A stretch of DNA of 64,000 bases, taken from the NCBI GenBank assembly GCA_963813025.1, contig CAWEXO010000013.1:640001-704000 (forward strand). Reading direction: 5' to 3'. The position numbers and the translations under genes were made by a program. Source of the DNA: an uncultured Verrucomicrobiae bacterium (GTDB taxonomy: Bacteria; Verrucomicrobiota; Verrucomicrobiia; Chthoniobacterales; JAFAMB01). Below are positions 56,499 through 64,000 of the stretch, piece by piece. The notes beneath the pieces were generated by a model that saw only the letters and a program-made list of their open reading frames with translations, was not told the DNA's origin and ran no database searches. Each line of letters starts with the position of its first letter. Within the stretch, counting starts at the first letter, position 1.

Positions 56499-58325
56499 GT
56501 GGCCAATTACGACACTCTCAAATACGACGTGCTGATCATCGGTGCGGGCGGTGCGGGGTTGCGCTCGGCCATCGAAGCTTCGGCTGCTGGCGTCCGGGTG
56601 GGCTTGGTTTGCAAATCGCTTCTCGGCAAGGCGCATACGGTGATGGCTGAAGGCGGTATCGCCGCGGCGCTGGCCAACGTGGACGATCGGGACAACTGGA
56701 AGGTCCACTTTGCCGACACGATGCGCGGCGGCCAATACGTCAACAACTGGCGCATGGCCGAATTGCACGCTAAGGAAGCACCCGACTGTGTTCGCGAACT
56801 CGAAGCGTGGGGAGCGGTCTTTGACCGCACCCCCGATGGAAGAATTCTTCAACGGAATTTCGGTGGTCATCGCTATCCGCGACTCGCTCACGTTGGGGAT
56901 CGGACTGGGTTAGAAATGATTCGCACACTCCAGGACCACGGCATCCATCAGGGGATTGAAGTCCATATGGAGCACACCATTGTCACTTTGCTGAAGGATG
57001 GCGATCGGGTAGTTGGCGCCTTCGGCTACGACCGCGAGCGTGGCCGATTCAAGATTTTCAAGGCCAAAGCCATCGTGCTGGCCACCGGCGGCATTGGTCG
57101 CGCCTATAAAATCACCAGCAATTCCTGGGAATATACCGGTGACGGACAGTCGCTGGCCTATCATGCGGGCGCCGAATTGACGGACATGGAGTATGTCCAA
57201 TTTCACCCGACCGGAATGATTTGGCCGCCGAGTGTCATGGGAATTCTCGTCACTGAAGGCGTGCGCGGCGAAGGCGGCATCTTGTGCAACAAGGACGGCA
57301 AGCGCTTCATGTTCGAGGAGATCCCCGAGAACTACAAATCGCAAACTGCCGACAACCCGGAAGAGGGATGGCGTTATACCCAGGGCGACAAGAATGCTCG
57401 CCGTCCGCCCGAACTTCTCACCCGCGATCACGTCTCGCGCTGCATCATGAACGAAGTCAAAGCCGGCCGGGGCAGTCCCCACGGCGGCGTGTTTCTCGAC
57501 ATTTCGTGGATCAAAGAGAAAATCCCGAACGCGGCGGAACACATCAAGAAGAAGCTCCCGAGCATGTATCACCAGTTCATGCAACTGGCTAACCTCGACA
57601 TTACCAGGGAACCAATGGAAGTCGGTCCTACCACCCATTACATAATGGGCGGCGTGCGGGTCGACCCGGAAACCCAGATGTCCAACGTACCAGGATTGTT
57701 CGCCGCTGGGGAAGTGGCCGCCGGATTACACGGAGCGAATCGGCTTGGCGGAAATTCGTTGTCCGACCTGCTCGTGTTCGGCAAACGCGCAGGCAAATTC
57801 GCCGCTGAATTTGTCCAGGCGCACGACGAAGGACAAATCCACGATAGCCAAATTGAAGACGCCGCACGCGAGGCCCTGGAACCCTTCGATCGCGCTGCTC
57901 GGGCGACCGCCGGCTCCGAAGGCCCTTACCAGGTGCAAAACGATTTGCAGGAAATGATGCAAAGTCTTGTCGGCATCGTGCGGCAGGAGGAGGAAATGGT
58001 TCGCGCGCTCGACGGACTAGGTAAACTTTGGGAACGGTCGCGAAACGTCGCGGTGCCAGGCCATCGCGAATACAATCCCGGCTGGCACACCGCAATTGAT
58101 TTGAAGCATCTGCTCACGGTCTCCGAAGCGATCACCCGCGCGGCGATTGAGCGAAAGGAAAGTCGCGGCGGACATTTCCGCGACGATTTTCCGAATAAGG
58201 ACGCGACGGAAGGCACAATGCGCATCATTCTCCGCAAAGCTGCGGACGGCTCGATGCAGGTGCAGCGCGAGCAGATAACGGAAATGCCGAAGCACTTGAA
58301 GCAGATCATCGAGGAGATGAAGTGA
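56499..58325 (+). CDS. sdhA: Succinate dehydrogenase/fumarate reductase flavoprotein
   Basis: GAGGAG, KAHTVMAEGG, QFHPTG, TEGVRGEGG, HYIMGG, HGANRLGGNSL, ESRGGH. Confidence 0.96.
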   Translation: MANYDTLKYDVLIIGAGGAGLRSAIEASAAGVRVGLVCKSLLGKAHTVMAEGGIAAALANVDDRDNWKVHFADTMRGGQYVNNWRMAELHAKEAPDCVRELEAWGAVFDRTPDGRILQRNFGGHRYPRLAHVGDRTGLEMIRTLQDHGIHQGIEVHMEHTIVTLLKDGDRVVGAFGYDRERGRFKIFKAKAIVLATGGIGRAYKITSNSWEYTGDGQSLAYHAGAELTDMEYVQFHPTGMIWPPSVMGILVTEGVRGEGGILCNKDGKRFMFEEIPENYKSQTADNPEEGWRYTQGDKNARRPPELLTRDHVSRCIMNEVKAGRGSPHGGVFLDISWIKEKIPNAAEHIKKKLPSMYHQFMQLANLDITREPMEVGPTTHYIMGGVRVDPETQMSNVPGLFAAGEVAAGLHGANRLGGNSLSDLLVFGKRAGKFAAEFVQAHDEGQIHDSQIEDAAREALEPFDRAARATAGSEGPYQVQNDLQEMMQSLVGIVRQEEEMVRALDGLGKLWERSRNVAVPGHREYNPGWHTAIDLKHLLTVSEAITRAAIERKESRGGHFRDDFPNKDATEGTMRIILRKAADGSMQVQREQITEMPKHLKQIIEEMK

Positions 58326-59068
58326 AGGCCGCGGTTTTCAAGATCTGGCGCGGCGATGCGAATGGTGGAACTTTCGTGGACTACACTACAGACGTTTCCG
58401 AAGGCATGGTCGTGCTCGACGCCGTTCACAAAATCCAGGCTACGCAGGCCAATGACCTCGCGTGTCGATGGAATTGCAAGGCTGGCAAATGCGGTTCCTG
58501 TTCGGCCGAAATCAATGGCATGCCCAAGCTGATGTGCATGACGCGCCTGGACGATTTACCGCTGGACCAGCCCATGACGATCGAGCCGATGAGGGCCTTT
58601 CCGCGGATTCGGGACTTGGCAACGGACGTTTCGTGGAATTTTCGCGTGAAGAAGAAAATCAAGAAGTTCAAGCCGCGTCCGCCCGACGCGCCGGACGGCA
58701 CCTGGCGCATGGCTCAGGCCGACATTGACCGTGTCCAGGAATTTCGCAAGTGCATCGAATGTTTCCTGTGCCAGGACGTCTGCCATGTCTTGCGTGACCA
58801 TCACAAGCACGAGGAATTCATCGGCCCGCGCTTTCTGGTTTTTGCCGCCGCGCTGGAAATGCATCCGCTCGACACCGAGGACCGGCTGCCGGAACTGAAA
58901 CAAGCCAATGGTATCGGCTACTGCAACATCACGAAATGCTGCACCAAAGTCTGTCCCGAAAACATCACCATCACGGATAACGCGATTATTCCGCTGAAAG
59001 AGCGCGTGGTTGACGAGTTTTATGATCCGTTGGGGAAGTTGTTGAAGCTGATCCGTCCGAAAGCCTGA
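58322..59068 (+). CDS. sdhB: Succinate dehydrogenase/fumarate reductase iron-sulfur subunit
   Basis: CKAGKCGSC...C, CIECFLCQDVC, CNITKCCTKVCP. GTGA overlap with sdhA. Confidence 0.96.
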   Translation: MKAAVFKIWRGDANGGTFVDYTTDVSEGMVVLDAVHKIQATQANDLACRWNCKAGKCGSCSAEINGMPKLMCMTRLDDLPLDQPMTIEPMRAFPRIRDLATDVSWNFRVKKKIKKFKPRPPDAPDGTWRMAQADIDRVQEFRKCIECFLCQDVCHVLRDHHKHEEFIGPRFLVFAAALEMHPLDTEDRLPELKQANGIGYCNITKCCTKVCPENITITDNAIIPLKERVVDEFYDPLGKLLKLIRPKA

Positions 59069-59080
59069 AAGGAGAAAATT

Positions 59081-59578
59081 GTGTTTGAACTCAAGCGACT
59101 TTCCGAGGAAGCCATCCCGGCGGCCCTGGAAAAAGCACTACGCTATCGCCTGCTCAACGAACCAGCGGAGGCCGAGAGTATTTGCCACGATGTGCTTCAG
59201 ATCGATCCGGAGAACCAGCAGGCGCTGGTCCTTCTGCTTCTTGCCTTGACCGACCGTTTCGCCGAAGGCTACGCCATCGGCGTTACGCAGGCGCAGGAGA
59301 TTCTCTCGCGCCTCCGCGATCCGTATGAGCGTGCTTATTACGCCGGCATCATTTGTGAGCGCCGAGCCAAGGCGCACTTGCAACAGCGCCATCCCGGCTC
59401 CGGCCACAACGCGTACGAATTCCTGCGTGAAGCAATGACCTGGTACGAAAAAGCCGAATCGCTCCGTCCGGCCCGAAACGACGATGCGCTACTACACTGG
59501 AACACCTGCGCCCGGATCATCATGGGCAACCAACTCACGCCTCGGGCCGAGGAGGACGTCGAGATCTCGTTAGAATAG
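59081..59578 (+). CDS. Hypothetical TPR-like helical protein in the sdh operon
   Basis: AAGGAG RBS, 12 nt after sdhB; RYRLLNEP.EAESIC.DVL..DP.NQ.A, YYAGIICERRAKA, WNTCAR. Confidence 0.75.
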   Translation: MFELKRLSEEAIPAALEKALRYRLLNEPAEAESICHDVLQIDPENQQALVLLLLALTDRFAEGYAIGVTQAQEILSRLRDPYERAYYAGIICERRAKAHLQQRHPGSGHNAYEFLREAMTWYEKAESLRPARNDDALLHWNTCARIIMGNQLTPRAEEDVEISLE

Positions 59579-59806
59579 CAGCAAAAACTCGTTGAGTATG
59601 CCGGACTTGTCCTTGCGCCCGGGACTCAAGAACAACCGCCCGCTTTTTGCAGCATAAGAGGCAAGCGTTCCTGCGGATTGATGACTTGCGCGAGGAATGG
59701 CCGAAGCGTGGTTCTAAAGCCTTGTTCTACCGTCTCACGGTCTCACGAGCATCGGCCGCCTATTGAGTGTAGCGATTTGTTAAAAAGTTGGCCGCAGGTT
59801 GCTCGA

Positions 59807-60791
59807 TTAGCGCCCCGCGACGAGCGCTCCTTGCTCGCCTCGACGCGAGATCAGTTTTTGCAGAACGATGAACACTAAGAGCAGCGCCCCGATCACAATC
59901 TTGGTCCACCAACTATTAAGCGTTCCATTAAAGATGATGATTTGCTGGATTAAGCCGAGAATGAGGACGCCCATCAGTGTCCCTGGAATAAAGCCAACCC
60001 CACCGGTCAGGAGAGTACCTCCAATCACTACGGAGGCAATTGCGTCGAGCTCTAAGCCAACGAAAGAGGCCGGATTGCCCGACTGCATATAGAAAGTTGC
60101 GACAATGCCGCCCAGCGCGGAAAAAAATCGCGGCGAGACCATACGTCGTGATCTTCGTTCGGCCGACCGGCAACCCCATCAGACGCGCGGAGTTCTCGTT
60201 GGATCCAATCGCGTACACGTTCCGCCCGAAGCGGGTGAAACTTGCCAGAAAAGTCCCAATGACAACCGAGCCCAGGAAACACATCGCGGTAAACGGCAGC
60301 ACTGCCTTGGGAGCGACTAAGAACGAGAGCTGAGGCAGCACCTGAGCATAGAACGGGTGCTCGATCCCAATGGACTCAGGGTAGATCACAAAACCCAGTC
60401 CGCGCAGACAGAAGAGACCGGCGAGAGTGACCAGGAATGGGGGCAGTTCGAAAAAGTGAATCAAGCTACCCATGATGGCTCCAGCGGCAGTCCCGATAAA
60501 GAGCGCCAAACCCATCGCCAGGAAAGGATCCCAGCCGATTTGAAGGAGCTTGGCCATCAAAATGCCCACAAACGCGACCATCGAACCGACTGACAGGTCG
60601 ATCCCGCCCGATAAGATGACGAACGACTCTCCCACGGCCGCGACGCCCACGAACGCACTATCATTCAGCAGGTTTACCAACACCCGGGGAGTACCGAAAT
60701 TCGGGTAAAGCAGAGAGCCGGTTCCAAAGACCGCCGCCAAGACCACAGCCGTGGCCAGGAGCGGAATGTACTTAGGGTTTAGGCGAGTCAT
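59807..60791 (-). CDS. yjfF: Sugar ABC transporter permease YjfF-like, frameshift near 60125
   Basis: FVILSGGIDLSVG, FGRNVYAIG.NE.SA.LMGLPV, ELDAIASVVIGGTLLTGG.G, NSWWTKI.IG. Confidence 0.88.
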
Positions 60792-61887
60792 GCGGCGTCA
60801 CGGTAGATAGAAGCTTCGGAACCCGGCAGCCCAACGGTTTCATCATCCTCGCCAACGGCTGAATAACGCGTGAGAATCGCGTTCGGAATGCTTCGCTTTG
60901 GAATAGGCAAACCGCGATGATAACCAACGCTTTCGGCACCGGCGAGATGTCGGAACTCACGTTTCTGGCATACATTGTCGTAGTAAGTGTCTGGATGAAA
61001 AGACCGCCGACAACTGCACCGATCAGATAAAACCGACCTCCCTGCAGTGAGGTGCCGCCAACTACGACCGCGAGGATTGCATCCAACTCCAAGTACAGAC
61101 CAATATTGTTCGCGTCCGCGCTTTTGATATTGGAACACGCGACTAATCCCGCCAGTCCGGCACAAAATCCGGAAAAAGTGTAGACCAGAAATTTGACCTG
61201 CTTTGCATTAATTCCGGAGTAGCGGCTAGCCTCATCGTTATCGCCAACCGACTCGATAAAAAGCCCGAGGGCGGTGCGCCGGACGAGCAGAAAGGTGAGC
61301 CCCAGCATCACGAGAACCAGCGTGAGAGTAAACGGCAAACCGAACAGGTGACCGTTCCCGAGATAGACCATCGTCGGATCAAGAAAGTTAATGATCTGGC
61401 CTTCCGTGATCAGTTGGGCGACGCCGCGTCCCGCCACCATCAATACCAGGGTCGCGACGATCGGCTGGATACCGAATCCCGCGACCAGGATCCCATTCCA
61501 GGCTCCCGCCAAAATAGAGATAACCAGGGCAACCGCGATCGCTATGCCAGCGGGTTGATGCTCGGTTACGAGCAAACGGGACGAAACCGCCGCGGAAATG
61601 GCCATCACCGCGCCGACTGAAAGATCAACCCCACCAGTGGCGATCACTAAAACCATCCCGAGCGATAAAAGCATTACTTTGGCTCCTTGATTGAGCACAT
61701 CTATCCGGGAACCGTACAAATGGCCGTCGAGCACCTGAAGGTGAAAAAATCCAGGAGTAAAAAACTGATTAAAAAGCAGAAGTAATCCGAGCGCACCAAC
61801 CGTCCAGAAGATCCTTTGGCCGCGTAAGAAAAATAAAATGGAGCCAAAGGCAATCCAGAACAGAAGATCAGAAGACCAGTCGATCAT
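60772..61887 (-). CDS. ytfT: Sugar ABC transporter permease YtfT-like
   Basis: G.LYGS.ID.L, LVIATGGVDLSVG, IQPIVATLVLMVAGRGVAQLIT.G, ADANN.GL.LELDAILAVV.GGT. Confidence 0.9.
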   Translation of the reverse strand: MIDWSSDLLFWIAFGSILFFLRGQRIFWTVGALGLLLLFNQFFTPGFFHLQVLDGHLYGSRIDVLNQGAKVMLLSLGMVLVIATGGVDLSVGAVMAISAAVSSRLLVTEHQPAGIAIAVALVISILAGAWNGILVAGFGIQPIVATLVLMVAGRGVAQLITEGQIINFLDPTMVYLGNGHLFGLPFTLTLVLVMLGLTFLLVRRTALGLFIESVGDNDEASRYSGINAKQVKFLVYTFSGFCAGLAGLVACSNIKSADANNIGLYLELDAILAVVVGGTSLQGGRFYLIGAVVGGLFIQTLTTTMYARNVSSDISPVPKALVIIAVCLFQSEAFRTRFSRVIQPLARMMKPLGCRVPKLLSTVTPHDSPKP

Positions 61888-63411
61888 GCGGCCGGTTGCT
61901 CCAGATGGTGAGTTGCGATGGACTGCATGATCGCTGCCTCCGAAATCTGTCCTTCTGTCAGTTCATCGACCTTCCGGCGGTCGCGTAAGACCACTACCCG
62001 CTGACTCTGGCGGACGACTTCTTCCAGCTCCGAACTGATGAAGAGCACGGCTAATCCATCTTGTCGAAGGGATTGGATCAATTTCTCAACTTCAGCCTTC
62101 GCTCCCACGTCAATTCCCCGGGTCGGTTCATCGAGAATAAACAGCTGCGGCTCGGTTGCTAACCACCTGGCGAGAAGGACCTTTTGCTGATTTCCGCCGC
62201 TCAGATTGCGAATTAGCTGCTCTCGGCTGGGAGTCTTGATCGCCAATGCCTGGATAAATCGATCGGCGAGCTTCTCCTGCTCGGCAACAGTCAGGCGTCG
62301 CCAGCTTCCTCGACTCGCCTGGAGCGCTAAAACGATATTCTCTCGGACGGTGAGGCTGGGAATGATCCCGGCAACTTTCCGGTCCTCCGGCGTCAAAGCA
62401 ATCCGGTAACGGATCGCTGTGCGCGGCGAGCTGAATCTAACAGCCTGCTGGTTAATCCGTACGGCACCCTGATCGGGCCGGTCAACGCCAAAAAGGAGCT
62501 TCGCCGTTTCGGTCCGGCCGGATCCGAGGAGGCCGGCCAATCCGACCACCTCTCCGGGCCGGATCTCCAGATCGAGAGGCTGGAGAGAGCCTTTTCGACC
62601 TAGTCCGCGCGCTTCCAAGAACGGCGCTTCCGAAAGAATGGATGAGGAGCTGGCACGCTTTTGCTCCAGCGCCTGCACTTGGTGAACTGGTTTGCCGATC
62701 ATGTGGGAAACCAGGTTGATCCTCGGAAGATCCTTGGTCGCAAAACAACCGACTCGGCAGCCGTTGCGTAAGATCGTGATCAAATCAGAGATTTCGTAAA
62801 CCTGATCGAGAAAGTGAGTGATAAAAATGATTCCCAGACCGCTTTCCCGGAGTTTTCGAAGTTTTTTGAACAGCTCTTCGACCTCGGTCCGATCCAGGCT
62901 GGAGGTCGGCTCGTCGAGAATTAATAGTTTGGCCGAAATATCCAGCGCGCGAGCAATCGCGACCAACTGCTGAATGGCGATTGAGTAAGAGGAGAGCTGA
63001 CGGTTTACATCGAGAGACAGGTCAAGCCGTGCCAGCGCGGCTCGTGCTCGCCTGGTAATTGCGGGCCAACGAATTGCCCCGAGCACAGGTCGGCTGGCGT
63101 CCGAGACAAATATTTTCGGCAACAGACAAGTGCGGAATCAGATTAACTTCCTGATACACCGTGCTGATGCCAAGAACCTCCGCCTCGCGCGGCGATTTCG
63201 GCACAATGATCTGACCCGCCAGGCGCGTTTCGCCGGCGTCACGCGGAAACACCCCGGTCAACACCTTGATTAAGGTGCTCTTTCCCGCGCCGTTCTCGCC
63301 CATGAGCGCATGGATTTCGCCGCGCTGGAGCGCAAAGTCCACCGCGTCCAGCGCCTTGACCCCGGGAAAGCCTTTTGTCAGCCCAGCAATTTCTAAGAGC
63401 GGATTAGCCAC
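61884..63411 (-). CDS. ytfR: Sugar ABC transporter ATP-binding protein YtfR-like, frameshift near 63100
   Basis: GENGAGKST, VYQEVNL, LDEPTSSL, LSGGNQQK, LDEPTRGIDVGAK. Confidence 0.92.
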
Positions 63412-63489
63412 TCGATGATCTAAGAATAGAATTCGGGCGCTCTGTCTTTCGGCCGAGCGCCCGCTTTGAAACAAAAAATGAGCGAGGGT

Positions 63490-64000
63490 TTAGTATTGTC
63501 TCTTTGGCAGCTCGGCGGCTGCCTGTGATTGTTCGTAAACACCCTCTTGGCTGACCACGCGTTTCGGGAATCCTGTTTATTGGCGACCTTTTCGATCAGG
63601 TCAAACAACTGCGGTCCGAGCAGTGGATTGCACTCGACTGTGACATTCAGCTTGCCATCCTTCATCGCTTCGAAGGCTCCCCGGACGCCGTCAATTGAGA
63701 CGATTTTAATATCCTGACCCGGCTTGATGCCGGCTTCTTCCATGGCCTGGATCGCTCCCAGGGCCATGTCGTCATTGTGGGCAAACAGCACGTTAATCTC
63801 TTTGGCGTTCGGTGATTTCAAAAACGCTTCCATCACCTCTTTGCCTTTCGCCCGGGTGAAGTCGCCGCTTTGCGACATGATGATTTTCATGTCCGGGATA
63901 TTTGGTCAAGACTTCTTCGAAGCCTTTCTTGCGATCGATCGCCGGCGCAGATCCGACGGTGCCGACCAATTCAGCGATGTTGGCTTTGCCTCCGGTCAGT
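63490..64000 (-). CDS. ytfQ: Sugar ABC transporter substrate-binding protein YtfQ-like, partial and frameshifted
   Basis: SQSGDFTRAKGKEVME.FLK, AHNDDMALGAIQA.EEAG.KPG.DI.IVSIDG, VECNPLLGP, ends LPKRQY*. Continues beyond the window. Confidence 0.88.

Overview
Bacterial window of moderately high GC. The ECF-sigma/Zn-ribbon Ser/Thr kinase pair and the general gene style suggest a soil Verrucomicrobiota (Chthoniobacterales-like) genome; this is inference only. Many single-base frameshifts in otherwise intact genes suggest a long-read assembly with indel errors. There are three zones. (1) 1-22 kb is an accessory mosaic: an IS3 element split by a tnpC-less IS66-derived element carrying passenger DNA, a 15-aa-repeat secreted protein, an ECF sigma factor coupled to a kinase-STAND-helical repeat protein, SDR/VOC/EamA genes and a GH85 endoglycosidase. 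These are interleaved with decayed copies of the same few genes (four LigD-type ligase pieces, SRAP, two AP2-domain ORFs, two copies of an unknown ORF). (2) 21.8-25.1 kb is a four-gene operon (Tat-signal small protein, DUF4331, small hypothetical, NiCoT) behind a SigK-like ECF promoter motif. (3) 26-54 kb is a glycogen-to-lactate and ion-pumping block (DUF2090 aldolase-like, SulP, glgP, glgX, pfkA, ldhA, a permuted V/A-ATPase operon, DUF2182/DUF1326, lactate permease, P-type ATPase, pyk). It is followed by TetR/DUF4188, a mycobacterial Sdh1-like succinate dehydrogenase and a ytfQRT-yjfF-like sugar ABC transporter. No rRNA, tRNA or CRISPR array was seen. All family calls are from motif recognition by eye; no database searches were run.
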